Positions 19,003 to 30,857 of a stretch of 64,000 nt of DNA are shown here, one piece after another; positions within the stretch are counted from its first letter, which is position 1; the number at the start of each line of letters is the position of its first letter. This DNA comes from Candidatus Nanopelagicales bacterium (GTDB lineage Bacteria; Actinomycetota; Actinomycetes; S36-B12): contig SHUQ01000001.1 in assembly GCA_009694585.1 (NCBI GenBank), forward strand, positions 7,815 through 71,814. The letters run 5' to 3'. Under the pieces are notes generated by a model. The model ran no database searches. It was not told the DNA's origin and saw only the letters and a program-made list of their open reading frames with translations. A program made the translations under genes and the position numbers.

Positions 19003-20223
19003 ATGACCGCACGCCGGTTACCGAGGTGGCACGAGGTCAAGCCACTGATCGGAGCGGAGAATCCATTCAAGAATCGTCGTGCCCGGGCTTTGTCACGGGC
19101 GGCGAGTATTTGGGATCTGCGTGCGCTCGCCCAGCGACACACTCCGTCAGCAGTGTTTGACTACACCGATGGCGCCGCAGGTGATGAGTTAGCACTTAAG
19201 CGAGCCCGCGAGGTATTTAGCCGCATTGAGTTCGCGCCTAGGGTGTTGCGCGACGTTTCGAACCTCGATACAAGCACCGAGATTCTTGGGGCGAGTAGTG
19301 CGCTACCGATTGTTTTGGCGCCGACCGGATTCACTCGGATGATGCACTATGAAGGTGAACCAGCGGTCGCTGCGGTAGCTGCCCGGGTTGGTATTCCGTA
19401 TTCACTTTCGACCCTTGGCACAACTTCGATTGAAGATTTGGCAAACGCCGTACCAAATGTGCGGCGCTGGTTTCAACTCTATCTAATGCGCGATCGTAGC
19501 CCGAGTCTGGAGTTACTTGAGCGTGCGACTGCAGCCGGCTATGAAACGTTGATATTGACTGTCGATGCACCGGTCGCGGGGATACGTCGGCGCGATGTGC
19601 GAAATGGCCTGACGATACCGCCAAAACTGTCGCTCTCGACGCTTGCCAATATGTCTCGTTACCCCGCATGGTGGTTCAACGTGCTGACAACCGATCCACT
19701 GGAGTTTGCGACATTTCGGAGCTCCGAGGGTACCGTCGCGGATCTGATGAATCGAGTTTTTGATCCATCACTGACCGCGGCTGATGTGGAGTGGGCCCGT
19801 GCATCATGGGCCGGCAAGATAGTTGTTAAGGGGGTGCAGTCGGTGCAGGATGCGCAGCTTGTTGCCGATCTAGGTGTAGATGCAATAGTGCTTTCCAACC
19901 ATGGCGGCCGGCAATTGGATAAAGCCCCGGTGCCACTGGAGCAGCTCCCATTGGTGAAGGCAACGGTGGGCGAAAATCTGTCGATATTCATTGACGGGGG
20001 AGTGATGTCTGGCAGCGATGTTGTCGCAGCCGTAGCACTAGGTGCTGACGCAGTACTGATTGGTCGCGCGTATCTATATGGATTAATGGCTGGGGGTCAG
20101 GCCGGAGTGCAGCGGGCGGTCGATATTTTGCAGCAGGAGATCGGGACCACTATGTCCTTACTTGGAGCCCGCAGTATTAACGAACTCACGCCAGATTGCG
20201 TGAGATTTCGTGCCCCACGGTAG
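19003..20223 (+). CDS. lldD: FMN-dependent alpha-hydroxy-acid (L-lactate) dehydrogenase/oxidase
   Basis: 406 aa with the SNHGGRQLD motif and a TIM-barrel FMN pattern (GADAVLIGR). The symbol is a family-level guess. Confidence 0.8.
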   Translation: MTARRLPRWHEVKPLIGAENPFKNRRARALSRAASIWDLRALAQRHTPSAVFDYTDGAAGDELALKRAREVFSRIEFAPRVLRDVSNLDTSTEILGASSALPIVLAPTGFTRMMHYEGEPAVAAVAARVGIPYSLSTLGTTSIEDLANAVPNVRRWFQLYLMRDRSPSLELLERATAAGYETLILTVDAPVAGIRRRDVRNGLTIPPKLSLSTLANMSRYPAWWFNVLTTDPLEFATFRSSEGTVADLMNRVFDPSLTAADVEWARASWAGKIVVKGVQSVQDAQLVADLGVDAIVLSNHGGRQLDKAPVPLEQLPLVKATVGENLSIFIDGGVMSGSDVVAAVALGADAVLIGRAYLYGLMAGGQAGVQRAVDILQQEIGTTMSLLGARSINELTPDCVRFRAPR

Positions 20224-20237
20224 TTCGGGTCGAGGTG

Positions 20238-20426
20238 TTAGCCGCTCTTGCGGCGGTGCTCGCGCTTGCCACCGGCCTTACTTGATTCGTCCTTAACCCC
20301 TCCGCTGTCGGCATCAATATTTGAGCCGGAGTGACCGCCCTTTTTGTTTTTGGCCTCAAGGGCCAAGCGGAAGCGTTCCTTGGGGTCATTGGGGTCCGGT
20401 GTTTTGGGTGTCTTCGAGGGTGCCAT
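20238..20426 (-). CDS. Small basic conserved actinobacterial protein (DUF5302-like)
   Basis: 62 aa. KERFRLALEAKNKK ... GGKREHRRKSG matches the KFREALERK...RRKSG pattern I recall for this family. Confidence 0.5.
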   Translation of the reverse strand: MAPSKTPKTPDPNDPKERFRLALEAKNKKGGHSGSNIDADSGGVKDESSKAGGKREHRRKSG

Positions 20427-20476
20427 GGGTCAAGTCTCGCACTGCGGATGACCCCGGTTGCGGTGGGTGCCCGTGG

Positions 20477-20983
20477 TTGAATGGCTCGGTGGAACTAGTC
20501 AGGGTGATCTTGGGGGTGTTGGCCCTAGGGGTGGTAGTAGGCGGCTGCGGGTCGTCAACCGACCAGGTGTCCGGGGGCTTGCCTTTGGATGCGAACGTGC
20601 GATACCAGTTCAATGACTCCTCGGTACCACCTGCCTATCACCGCAGTTTCGAGTTGACCGTAACAGCCGAGCGGGCTCGCCTAATTGTTGATAGCTACGG
20701 TGAAATCCTCGCCGATAAGGAAGTCCAAGCGGTCGATGCAGCCTGGGCCACACTAGTTAAGACATACCCGCAATTGGAGTCGGTGGCGGCGGTGGAGCCG
20801 GAGCAAGGGTGTGTTGGCGGCACGAGTCGGTCACTGACAATCACCCTAGGGGACAAAGTCCTCAAAGAGATCTTCCTTGACGATTGTGGCGGGGTAAATG
20901 ATGATGCTGCCACTGCGATATCCGACTGGGTCCAGCCGGCGAAGCAACTCTTCCCCGCGATTGACGTACTAGCGCCAAGTTGA
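20477..20983 (+). CDS. Putative lipoprotein of unknown function (start uncertain)
   Basis: The track ORF from 20321 overlaps the opposite-strand small gene. Candidate starts TTG 20477 / GTG 20489 give a signal peptide ending in the lipobox-like VVGGCGSS. Confidence 0.45.
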   Translation: MNGSVELVRVILGVLALGVVVGGCGSSTDQVSGGLPLDANVRYQFNDSSVPPAYHRSFELTVTAERARLIVDSYGEILADKEVQAVDAAWATLVKTYPQLESVAAVEPEQGCVGGTSRSLTITLGDKVLKEIFLDDCGGVNDDAATAISDWVQPAKQLFPAIDVLAPS

Positions 20984-21007
20984 TGGGGTGGGCTCGGTGC
21001 CGTCTGA

Positions 21008-22258
<1,251 letters not shown>

Positions 22259-22265
22259 CCAGAAC

Positions 22266-22928
22266 TCAGTAGGTGGGCTCGCGCTTCTTAACCGCGGCGA
22301 TGACCCGGTAGGTGACAGGCAGTAACACGACTTCGAGGAGTGTCTTATACAGATATCCAATGACCACGTAGTTAAGGAACTCGCCACCGGTGATGATGCC
22401 GTAAAACGCAATAGTGCAAAAGACCACCGTGTCGGCTAACTCGCCGATCACCGTGGAGCCGATTAAGCGCAGCCAGAGGGCCTTTTCTTGGGTACGTTCC
22501 TTTATCTTCACCAAGACATATGCGTTAAGTAGTTGACCGACAAAGTATCCGCAGATGCTGGCCAGAACTATTCGCGGCACAAAGCCCAGTACCGCTTCAA
22601 ACGCTGCTTGGTTTTCATATCCATTGGCCGGTGGTGAGATCTGAACGAGCCAAAAGGTGAGGGCAGCAAGCACGGCAAGGGCGAATCCCAGGTAGATCGC
22701 GCGCCGAGCTGCTTTGAGCCCGTAAACCTCACTTAAGACATCGCCGGTGATATAGACGAGTGGGAATAAGAAGGCACCGCCATCGGTGATGATGGGCCCG
22801 AACTCGATCAACTTGGTGGCACCGATATTGGAAATAAGTAGTAGACCGCAGAAGACGGCTACTACAACCGGGTAATAGCCCTTTGTAACCGCCGCAAAAT
22901 GGGCGGTGGTGCGGGCGCGCTTGCTCAT
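22266..22928 (-). CDS. yhhQ: Queuosine-precursor transporter (YhhQ/DUF165 family)
   Basis: 220-aa polytopic membrane protein with ISNIGATKLIEFGPIITDGGAFLFPLVYITGDVLSEVYG. Convergent with tgt. Confidence 0.75.
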   Translation of the reverse strand: MSKRARTTAHFAAVTKGYYPVVVAVFCGLLLISNIGATKLIEFGPIITDGGAFLFPLVYITGDVLSEVYGLKAARRAIYLGFALAVLAALTFWLVQISPPANGYENQAAFEAVLGFVPRIVLASICGYFVGQLLNAYVLVKIKERTQEKALWLRLIGSTVIGELADTVVFCTIAFYGIITGGEFLNYVVIGYLYKTLLEVVLLPVTYRVIAAVKKREPTY

Positions 22929-22938
22929 CGTGTTCGGC

Positions 22939-23271
22939 TCACCTGGTGATGCTGCCCCATTGCATGATCACGATACCGGCGATGACAATGCCCATGCCGC
23001 CGATGGAAACCGGGCTCATCTTCTCCCCGAAGATCAACCAGCCGCCAATCGCGGCACCAACGGTGCCAAGTGCCGACCAGGTCGCATAAGTCGGCCCCAC
23101 CCCGAGGCTCTTTAGGGTCTGAGCAAGCAACGTAAAGGCGAGGCCATAGCCGGCCACCACGATCAGGGATGGCCACAGGCGGCTGAAGCCGTCACTGGCT
23201 TTGAGCGCGAGGGTGCCCATGACCTCGCTAAGGATGGCAAGCAAGAGCAGTAGATAAGGCATTGTTCTCAA
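22939..23271 (-). CDS. Small multidrug resistance (SMR/EmrE-like) efflux protein
   Basis: 110 aa, four TM helices, conserved membrane Glu in LAILSEVMGT. Confidence 0.85.
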   Translation of the reverse strand: MRTMPYLLLLLAILSEVMGTLALKASDGFSRLWPSLIVVAGYGLAFTLLAQTLKSLGVGPTYATWSALGTVGAAIGGWLIFGEKMSPVSIGGMGIVIAGIVIMQWGSITR

Positions 23272-23295
23272 CTCCTTAAGCCCCCGGTCCTTTCG

Positions 23296-23368
23296 TGCCC
23301 CCGGCAGGATTCGAACCTGCGACCGTCGGTACCGGAAACCGGCGCTCTATCCCCTGAGCTACGGAGGC
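23296..23368 (-). tRNA. tRNA-Arg (anticodon CCG)
   Basis: Hand-folded minus-strand cloverleaf. Acceptor gcctccg/cgggggc (one G-U), D arm gctc/gagc, anticodon loop ttCCGgt, T arm gcagg-ttcgaat-cctgc, discriminator A, no encoded CCA. Confidence 0.85.
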
Positions 23369-23450
23369 GCAGAGCGACTTCGCTCAACGACACATTGTGC
23401 CGCAGCGCAGGGCGCCCACTAGGTGGGGGTGCGAACAGTGTTACTGGGGT

Positions 23451-24413
23451 CTAGCCGGCGGTATCTACCCCGGCGTGGCCCTCGCCTGCATCGTTATAGG
23501 ACCTCGGATCCTCAGTTGGCTCCAGATGGGTCAAGATCTGGGCTCCAGGTAGCGCAAGAGCGATGGCCGATTCAACTCGTTCAACTAAGTCGTGGCCTGT
23601 CGCAATCGTCCACTGCCCTGGCACGAGCACGTGCATGGAGACAAAACGCTGCTGGCCGGATTCGCGAGTCTGCAGGGCATGGAATGCCAATTCCCCCTTT
23701 GGGTACTCGGCCACGAAGGCATTGATGATATCGACGACGCGGGCCTCATCTTCGCCATTAAGGGCTCGATCCATGAGGCCGTGAACTGAATTGCGAATCA
23801 ACGCGTAACCGGTCCACAAAATATTCAAGCCGACCGCGATCGCGACAATCGAGTCCAGCGGCAGCCAGCCCGTGAGGGCTACTAAGCCAACACCGAGTAC
23901 TACTCCTATTGAAGTCCAGACGTCAGTGATTAGGTGTTTGCCATCGGCGACAAGGGTTATTGAGCGATGCCTGCGTCCAGCGCGCAAAATCAGCCATCCC
24001 ACAGCGGCGTTAATGCCGGTAGCGGCCAACGTGATGAGTAGGCCGACCCCAAGGGCTTCTAAAGGTTGTGGGTGCACTATCCGTTCAATGGCCGAATAGA
24101 CGATGACGATCGCGGCAACGAAGATCATTAGCCCTTCGATGCCAGCGGAGAAGTACTCTGCTTTGCCATGGCCGTAGTGGTGGGTGCTGTCTGCGGGGCG
24201 GGAGACGATGATCAAGGCGATCAGCGCGACAATCGCTGCCACCAGATTGACAACTGATTCCAGGGCATCTGAGAGCAGGCCAACTGAACCGGTCAGCAGA
24301 TAGGCCCAGAGCTTGAGCGCGATGGTCGCCATGGCTGCGGCGATTGATAACCAAGCCCACCGCAACAGTGAGGGTGAACTATCTCCACGCTCGGTTAGGG
24401 TGCCAAGATTCAC
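23451..24413 (-). CDS. Cation diffusion facilitator (CDF) metal efflux transporter
   Basis: 320 aa. Six TM helices with the LSDALESVVN and HxxxD-type (ITDVWTS) motifs, plus a cytoplasmic C-terminal domain. Confidence 0.85.
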   Translation of the reverse strand: MNLGTLTERGDSSPSLLRWAWLSIAAAMATIALKLWAYLLTGSVGLLSDALESVVNLVAAIVALIALIIVSRPADSTHHYGHGKAEYFSAGIEGLMIFVAAIVIVYSAIERIVHPQPLEALGVGLLITLAATGINAAVGWLILRAGRRHRSITLVADGKHLITDVWTSIGVVLGVGLVALTGWLPLDSIVAIAVGLNILWTGYALIRNSVHGLMDRALNGEDEARVVDIINAFVAEYPKGELAFHALQTRESGQQRFVSMHVLVPGQWTIATGHDLVERVESAIALALPGAQILTHLEPTEDPRSYNDAGEGHAGVDTAG

Positions 24414-24494
24414 CGGAGCATCATCTCAGAGAATCCGAGACGAATCGCCATTAACTTTCCAACGCCGGTAGGTCAAGGGTGCGAAGATGGACCC

Positions 24495-25355
24495 GTGCAT
24501 CCAAAACTAAAGGCCGTAATGGACTCGGTTAAAGATATTGGCCTGCGGTTCACCGAGCACCGAAACTCGTTGGCAGCCGGTGGCTTGGCCTACTTCGTGG
24601 CACTTGCGGTCGCTCCGGCGGCCGTAGTTGTGGGCGCATTAGCCGGACTCTTACTCGGCCCCGATCAAGTTCGAAGCGCGATCAGTTCCCTTGCAGGGGA
24701 GGATCCGATCCAAGGGCAAGCACTCAAGCCAATTACCGATTCTCTGGTAACTGCTACCGAGCACACATCAGCCAGCGGTTTAACCGTCACTTCGCTGGTC
24801 GGCCTGATCGTGGCAATCTATGCGGCCTCGAAAGTTGTATTCGGTTTGCGCTTGGCACTTGATGGGGTATTCGAAACCCTGCCTAAACGTCGTGGCTCAA
24901 TAGGTCGGGTCATCGCGACTTTGATCACTTTGATCGCAATGATCATGGTGGTCGGTGCCTTTGTAGCCCTGACGGTGTTGCCCCGAATGCTAACTGGGCT
25001 GGGCTTAACTCAGGTCCGCGTCTTTTCCGGGATCGGGATCGTCGACTGGGCACTTAGCGCGGCACTTATTTGGTTGGCAATCAGGTGGGTGTTGCGTCAT
25101 GCACCAAACAACCCAAAGCGGATCCCTTGGTTGGCACTTGGCCCAATCTTCATTACCTTTTGGCTGCTAGCCGTAAGTGCCGGGCTCGGCACCTACGCGA
25201 ATTTTTCAACAACCCTCGGGTCGGCAATTGCGGTATTCGGTGGGGTGGTGGTTTTCTTACTCTGGTTCTACCTCGGGTTTCTCGGTCTGCTAATCGGTGC
25301 CGAGATCGAGGCGCAGCGTCAGCGCAGTGAAAATCTGCGGGTGGAAATGAAGTGA
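24495..25355 (+). CDS. YihY/BrkB family membrane protein
   Basis: 286 aa, polytopic. The N-terminal LAAGGLAYFVALAVAP is typical of the family. Confidence 0.7.
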   Translation: MHPKLKAVMDSVKDIGLRFTEHRNSLAAGGLAYFVALAVAPAAVVVGALAGLLLGPDQVRSAISSLAGEDPIQGQALKPITDSLVTATEHTSASGLTVTSLVGLIVAIYAASKVVFGLRLALDGVFETLPKRRGSIGRVIATLITLIAMIMVVGAFVALTVLPRMLTGLGLTQVRVFSGIGIVDWALSAALIWLAIRWVLRHAPNNPKRIPWLALGPIFITFWLLAVSAGLGTYANFSTTLGSAIAVFGGVVVFLLWFYLGFLGLLIGAEIEAQRQRSENLRVEMK

Positions 25356-25502
25356 ATGTGGCGGGTGTGACAGATGTTCAATCGAGGGACCAACCCTGAC
25401 AAGTTCCTTACAAAACTCGCCGAAACCGATGTTTGACTTGCCCTGAATTTAGGTACATCAGTAAGTGTCACTTCCGAATCGGGGGATTAGAAAGTGACAA
25501 AA

Positions 25503-25536
25503 GTGAAGGGCCCCGCCAATCGGCGAGGCCCTTCAC
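25503..25536. terminator. Hairpin terminator downstream of cspA
   Basis: gtgaagggcc ... ggcccttcac: a 10-bp GC-rich stem 16 nt beyond the cspA stop. Confidence 0.55.
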
Positions 25537-25551
25537 GTTAATCAGGTTCAA

Positions 25552-25755
25552 CTAGCCAACAGTAACTTTGTCAGCCTGCGGGCCCTTGGGGCCTTGAACG
25601 ATTTCGAACTCCACTGCCTGGTTCTCTTCTAGTGAACGGTAGCCGTCCGACTGGATTGACGAGTAGTGGACGAAAACGTCCGGTCCGCCGTCAGCTTGGG
25701 CGATAAAGCCGTAGCCTTTTTCAGCGTTAAACCACTTCACGGTGCCTTGAGCCAT
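25552..25755 (-). CDS. cspA: Cold-shock protein (CspA family)
   Basis: [18 protein letters not shown] and VFVHYS RNP motifs. I start at the second in-frame ATG (25755). Confidence 0.9.
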   Translation of the reverse strand: MAQGTVKWFNAEKGYGFIAQADGGPDVFVHYSSIQSDGYRSLEENQAVEFEIVQGPKGPQADKVTVG

Positions 25756-25974
25756 GGTGCACATTCTCCTTGCGCGGAACGTCGCGACGGACGGTCGCCC
25801 GTCGCGTGGCCTAGCCGTTCAAACCTCGTCCCGGCATCTGTGCACGTGCTCAGAAACTCCGACGCTCACCTAGGTGGGCACCATAGAACGGTGGTGCTGA
25901 TCTGGCCTTGCCTAGACGGAGCATAGCCCCCCGCCCCGTGATAGCAAGCAAAATCTAATGGTTACGCTCCAGTA

Positions 25975-27630
25975 GTGACCCCTGAGGACCTGGCCGTGAG
26001 CGTGCGCGCGGCCGTCTTGGCGTGGATATCCGAGGCCGGCCTAGGGATCGAACTCCAGGACGAATTTAAGTTGGAGCGCCCAAAATCCCGTGATCACGGG
26101 GATTACGCGACCAATATCGCCTTGGCGCTGGCCAAACCGGCCCAACTGTCCCCCCGAGTTATCGCCGAGTTATTGGCGCCAAAGATTGCCGAAATACCAG
26201 GGGTCAGCGCCGCCGAAATTGCCGGCCCGGGGTTCATAAATATTCGACTCGATAGTGCCACTTTGGGACAAACGGCCCAAATCATTGTTGAGGCCGGAGC
26301 CGCATATGGCACCGGTTCGGCCCTTGCTGGCCAGCAAATCAACGTCGAATTCATCTCTGCGAACCCGACCGGCCCCTTGCATCTGGGACACACCAGATGG
26401 GCTGCTGTCGGTGATGCCATCACGCGGGTGCTTGTCGCTGCCGGGGCGAAGGTGTCGACCGAGTTCTATATCAATGACCGTGGTGTGCAGATGGATAAGT
26501 TCGGCGCATCGGTAATGGCGGCCGCGCACGACAATGAGATCCCCGAGGATGGCTATCAGGGTGCGTACATTCACGATCTGGCAGCGGCGATTGTTATTGC
26601 GCGCCCGAGTATCAAAGTCCTGCCGATCGAAGAGCAGTTCATTGCATTTCGTGAAGCGGCATACGCGCTCCAACTAAAGCAACAGCAGCAAGTCCTTGAA
26701 CAATTTCGAACAAATTTTGATTTCTGGACGTCTGAACGCGCACTGCACGAGTCCAATGCGGTTGAGCACGGTTTAGAACTACTTCGTGATCAGGGTCATG
26801 TATATGAACTTGACGGCGCGGTGTGGTTACGCACCACAGATTTCGGTGACGACAAAGATCGGGTATTAGTTAAGGCTGATGGCGAGTACACGTACTTTGC
26901 TTCAGATACCGCCTATTACGTTAACAAACGTGAACGCAACTTCGACCTATGTATTTATCTGCTTGGTGCGGATCATCACGGTTACGTAAACAGACTGCGC
27001 GCGGTTGCTGCATGTAATGGCGATCAACTAGATCAGGTCGAAGTGCTCATCGGGCAACTCGTTAAGATCACTCGCGGTGGCGAGGAAGTAAAGTTATCCA
27101 AGCGAGCTGGCAATATCGTTACTTTGGACGAGTTAGTTGACGAGGTCGGTGTCGATGCCGCTCGGTACTCGCTGATCCGTTATCCGGTGGATTCTCCATT
27201 GACCCTAGATCTTGAGGCCATCACACTGCGCACCAATGACAACCCGGTGTTTTACGTCCAGTACGCCCATGCGCGCGTCGCGTCGGTGCTGCGAAACGCC
27301 GCCGAACTGGGTATCGACTGGCGTAATTTGCAATTTGATGCGGGATTACTGTCCCATGAGCGCGAGAATGAGCTCCTGGGTGCACTTGCCGAATTCCCTC
27401 GAGTGGTGGCCGGTGCAGCTGAGCTGCGCGAACCCCATCGGGTGGCTAGATATCTGGAGGATCTAGCCTCGATCTACCACCGGTTCTACGACAGTTGCCG
27501 GGTCCTGCCGCGAGGCGATGAGGACTTGACCCCCGAGCAGGTGGCTCGGTTATGGCTCTGTGCGGCTACCCGCCAAACTATTTTCAATGGGCTGCAACTG
27601 CTTGGGGTCAGCGCACCCGATCGCATGTGA
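25975..27630 (+). CDS. argS: Arginine--tRNA ligase
   Basis: 551 aa. HIGH-type SANPTGPLHLGH, class I core, C-terminal anticodon-binding domain ending ...SAPDRM. Confidence 0.95.
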   Translation: MTPEDLAVSVRAAVLAWISEAGLGIELQDEFKLERPKSRDHGDYATNIALALAKPAQLSPRVIAELLAPKIAEIPGVSAAEIAGPGFINIRLDSATLGQTAQIIVEAGAAYGTGSALAGQQINVEFISANPTGPLHLGHTRWAAVGDAITRVLVAAGAKVSTEFYINDRGVQMDKFGASVMAAAHDNEIPEDGYQGAYIHDLAAAIVIARPSIKVLPIEEQFIAFREAAYALQLKQQQQVLEQFRTNFDFWTSERALHESNAVEHGLELLRDQGHVYELDGAVWLRTTDFGDDKDRVLVKADGEYTYFASDTAYYVNKRERNFDLCIYLLGADHHGYVNRLRAVAACNGDQLDQVEVLIGQLVKITRGGEEVKLSKRAGNIVTLDELVDEVGVDAARYSLIRYPVDSPLTLDLEAITLRTNDNPVFYVQYAHARVASVLRNAAELGIDWRNLQFDAGLLSHERENELLGALAEFPRVVAGAAELREPHRVARYLEDLASIYHRFYDSCRVLPRGDEDLTPEQVARLWLCAATRQTIFNGLQLLGVSAPDRM

Positions 27631-27654
27631 CCGGGTATCGAATACCCTGCGCCT

Positions 27655-29004
27655 GTGCGAAACAATAATCTGTCAACCGAATTGGACCCAGCCATCTGGC
27701 CGCGTTCGGCGGAGCGCAATAGTGCGGGCGCCCTAGAGATCGGTGGCGTCGATTGCCGGGATTTAGTAGCGGAGTACAAGTCTCCGGTCTACGTACTCGA
27801 TGAAGTTGATGCCCGATCCCGCGCCCAGAACTTTCTCCAGGCATACGAAAGTGCTGGTGCCACCACGGTCTATTACGCGGCAAAGGCTTTTTTGGCAACG
27901 GCGGTTGCTAAGTGGGTTACCGAAGCCGGTCTTGGTGTCGATGTGGCATCCGGGGGTGAACTCGAGGTGGTGCTGCGTGCCGGTGTGCCTGGCCATCGAG
28001 TCTTGATGCACGGTAATAACAAGTCGACGGCCGAGCTCGAATTAGCACTTGCCGCTGGGGTCGGGCGCATAGTTATCGATTCCTTCGATGAGATCGTTCG
28101 AGTCGCTGATGTTGCGAACCGCATGGGCATGGTGCAGCAGGTGTTGCTGCGCGTGACTGTCGGGGTAGAGGCGCATACGCACGAATTCATCGCAACCGCG
28201 CACGAGGATCAAAAGTTTGGACTATCGGTGGCTTCTGGAGATGCGGCGGAAGCGGTCCGGCGCATCGCGAAGCTCCCGTCACTGTCATTTGCCGGGTTGC
28301 ACTCACATATTGGCTCTCAGATATTTGACGCATCTGGCTTTAATGAAGCTGCTGCGCGAGTTGCGGCATTTGCAAGGTCACTTCGTGATGAGCAAGGCGT
28401 GGGTGTCAACGAACTTAATCTAGGCGGTGGTATGGGTATCGCCTATGTCGAAGGGGATGACCCCCTTGACTTAGCTGAGATGGCTGAGCAGATCTGCGCG
28501 GTAGTGCGAAGTGAATGCGAATTGGCTGGTATTGAAGTGCCGGCGCTGGCTTTTGAGCCGGGCCGGGCGATTATCGGTCCCGCCGGAGTGACCATCTATG
28601 AGGTCGGAACCGTTAAGCCGATTGAGCTTGATGAGGGGGTCGTTCGCACGTATATATCGGTCGACGGCGGCATGAGCGACAATATTCGCACCGCACTTTA
28701 TGATGCGGAATACTCGGTGGTGCTGGCCTCGCGACTCTCAACCTCTGAGCCGATGTTGGCGCGGGTGGTTGGTAAACACTGCGAATCTGGCGACATCGTG
28801 GTGCGCGATACGTGGTTGCCGTCAGATGTAGTCCCTGGCGATCTATTGGCTGTAGCAGCAACGGGTGCCTACTGCCGCTCAATGTCTTCCAACTACAACT
28901 ACCTGCCGCGGCCGGCGGTTATCGCAGCGCGGGATCGTGCTACCTCGGTGGTGTTGCGCCGCGAAACCACCGAAGACCTGTTGGCTTTAGATCCCGGCGC
29001 TTGA
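27655..29004 (+). CDS. lysA: Diaminopimelate decarboxylase
   Basis: 449 aa PLP fold-III decarboxylase (YAAKAF, HSHIGSQ, EPGRAI, CESGD) in conserved argS-lysA-hom order. Confidence 0.95.
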   Translation: MRNNNLSTELDPAIWPRSAERNSAGALEIGGVDCRDLVAEYKSPVYVLDEVDARSRAQNFLQAYESAGATTVYYAAKAFLATAVAKWVTEAGLGVDVASGGELEVVLRAGVPGHRVLMHGNNKSTAELELALAAGVGRIVIDSFDEIVRVADVANRMGMVQQVLLRVTVGVEAHTHEFIATAHEDQKFGLSVASGDAAEAVRRIAKLPSLSFAGLHSHIGSQIFDASGFNEAAARVAAFARSLRDEQGVGVNELNLGGGMGIAYVEGDDPLDLAEMAEQICAVVRSECELAGIEVPALAFEPGRAIIGPAGVTIYEVGTVKPIELDEGVVRTYISVDGGMSDNIRTALYDAEYSVVLASRLSTSEPMLARVVGKHCESGDIVVRDTWLPSDVVPGDLLAVAATGAYCRSMSSNYNYLPRPAVIAARDRATSVVLRRETTEDLLALDPGA

Positions 29005-29008
29005 TCTA

Positions 29009-29423
29009 TTACCGCTCTGAGCCTGCGACTAGTTCCTCGGGCATCTCGGCGGTCGAGCGAGTGATCATCCAAATCACCACGGCGATCACCGGGCCAACCA
29101 AGGGCGCCAAGATTTTGAGCCAGACCTAGCCAAGGGCCCCCCACCGGCAAATAGAACTGGACCAAATGAGGGGACCGGGTTCGCCGACGTGCCGGGTCAA
29201 GAGCACCTCGAGCAAGAACGCACCGGCCATATCAATATTGTCAGCGGGCTCAAGATACCGGGCCGAATGCGGAGGCAACGCCAACAACCCCATTACCGGG
29301 CCCGCCACCGTCTTCTCCAACTTTGGCTGCGACGCTAAATATCGAAGCGCCTACTGCCAAGAAGACCAGCAAGAAAGTTCCTAGGAACTCTTCGACGAGT
29401 TTGCGAGACAGGGAGGTGGCCAT
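29009..29423 (-). pseudogene. Decayed MIP/aquaporin-family channel gene
   Basis: AAGGAG RBS plus ATG 29423 gives MATSLSRKLVEEFLGTFLLVFLAVGA (MIP N-terminus). The sense then hops frames twice: AGAFLLEVLLT, then VWLKILAPLVGPVIAVVIWMI (MIP C-terminus) to stop 29009-29011. About 415 bp remain, versus ~700 bp expected, and I saw no intact NPA boxes. Confidence 0.55.
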
Positions 29424-29562
29424 GGCTCTCCTTAATGCGAGGTCATTGCCTTCTTGGGCGGAAAGTCTTTGGTCTGAGCCCAAGGGGTGATTTGGGGCGC
29501 CGGTGCCGCCCAGACTCAGCCCAGATGGGGGACACGACCAGTGGACCTGAGAGGCTTGGCAC

Positions 29563-30855
29563 ATGTCTCGTACCCTGACCGTGGCCCTACTCGGTGGTGG
29601 CACCGTTGGCGCCCAAGTGGCCCGACTGATTGATACCAGTGCTGCGGATTTGGAGCACCGGGTGGGTGCGCCGGTGGTGTTAACCGCGGTTGCTGTGCGA
29701 GACACCACCAAAGCACGGCCGGGTATTCCCCCTGAATTGATCACCGGTGATGCGATGGCGGTAGCCACCAGTGGCGCTGACATCGTGGTCGAACTCATGG
29801 GCGGCGTCGAGCCGGCCCGATCACTTATCTTGGCGGCGATGGCAGCGGGGTCAAGTGTGGTGACCGCGAATAAGGCGTTGCTGGCCGCTGATGGCGCGAC
29901 TTTGCATGCGGCGGCGGCTAACTATGGAGTCGATCTCTACTTCGAGGCTTCGGTGGCCGGTGCTATCCCATTACTGCGCCCGCTTCGTGAGTCCTTAGCG
30001 GGTGACCGTGTTACTAAAGTCATGGGCATCGTCAATGGCACCACCAACTTCATGCTGACCAAGATGGATGAAGAAGGCGCTGACTATGACGAGGTATTTG
30101 CTGAAGCCGATGCACTCGGCTATCTGGAAGCCGATCCAACACTTGATATCGATGGGCATGATGCCGCGGCTAAAGCAGCGATCCTGGCCGAATTGGCCTT
30201 CCACACCAAGGTCACCCTTGACGATGTCTATTGCGAGGGGATCTCAAAAGTCACCTCGGCCGACATTATCGCTGCGCAGCAAATGGGTTTTGTGATCAAG
30301 TTACTTGCGGTTGCCGAAATTAAGGGCGATAACGAAGGCGTGATTGTTCGGGTGCACCCCTCAATGGTGCCGCGCGATCATCCATTGGCAAGTGTGCGTG
30401 GGACCTTCAACGCGGTATTTATTGAAGCGGAATCAGCGGGTCAAATGATGTTCTACGGCCGAGGTGCCGGGGGAGCGCCAACGGCCAGTGCGGTACTTGG
30501 TGATGTCGTTGCTGCCGCTCGCAATCGCCTGACGGGTGGACGGGGCCCTGGGCAAAGTACGTATGCGAACCTCGAGCCACTACCAATAGGTGCGGCAATG
30601 ACTCGCTACTACGTTAACCTTGATGTGACCGATCGCCCCGGCGTACTCGCTACCATCGCAGCGGCGTTCTCCGATAACGGCGTGAGCATTCAGGTGGTTC
30701 GTCAAGATGGTCATGGCGACGAAGCCGGTTTACTCGTGAGAACGCATCTGGCAAGTGATGCGGCATTGCGGGCCACCGTCGATCAACTTCGCGAACTTGA
30801 GACGGTCAAGCGTGTGGTTGGGGTAATGCGTGTCGAAGGTGAGGCCGGAGTTTAA
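29563..30855 (+). CDS. hom: Homoserine dehydrogenase
   Basis: 430 aa. N-terminal GGGTVG Rossmann motif, catalytic domain and C-terminal ACT domain. Confidence 0.95.
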   Translation: MSRTLTVALLGGGTVGAQVARLIDTSAADLEHRVGAPVVLTAVAVRDTTKARPGIPPELITGDAMAVATSGADIVVELMGGVEPARSLILAAMAAGSSVVTANKALLAADGATLHAAAANYGVDLYFEASVAGAIPLLRPLRESLAGDRVTKVMGIVNGTTNFMLTKMDEEGADYDEVFAEADALGYLEADPTLDIDGHDAAAKAAILAELAFHTKVTLDDVYCEGISKVTSADIIAAQQMGFVIKLLAVAEIKGDNEGVIVRVHPSMVPRDHPLASVRGTFNAVFIEAESAGQMMFYGRGAGGAPTASAVLGDVVAAARNRLTGGRGPGQSTYANLEPLPIGAAMTRYYVNLDVTDRPGVLATIAAAFSDNGVSIQVVRQDGHGDEAGLLVRTHLASDAALRATVDQLRELETVKRVVGVMRVEGEAGV

Positions 30856-30857
30856 TC

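Noticed and set aside
23296-23368. tRNA-Arg as an island integration site
   Set aside because: The flanking genes (SMR pump, CDF transporter) are ordinary. I saw no integrase and no direct repeat of the tRNA 3' end nearby.
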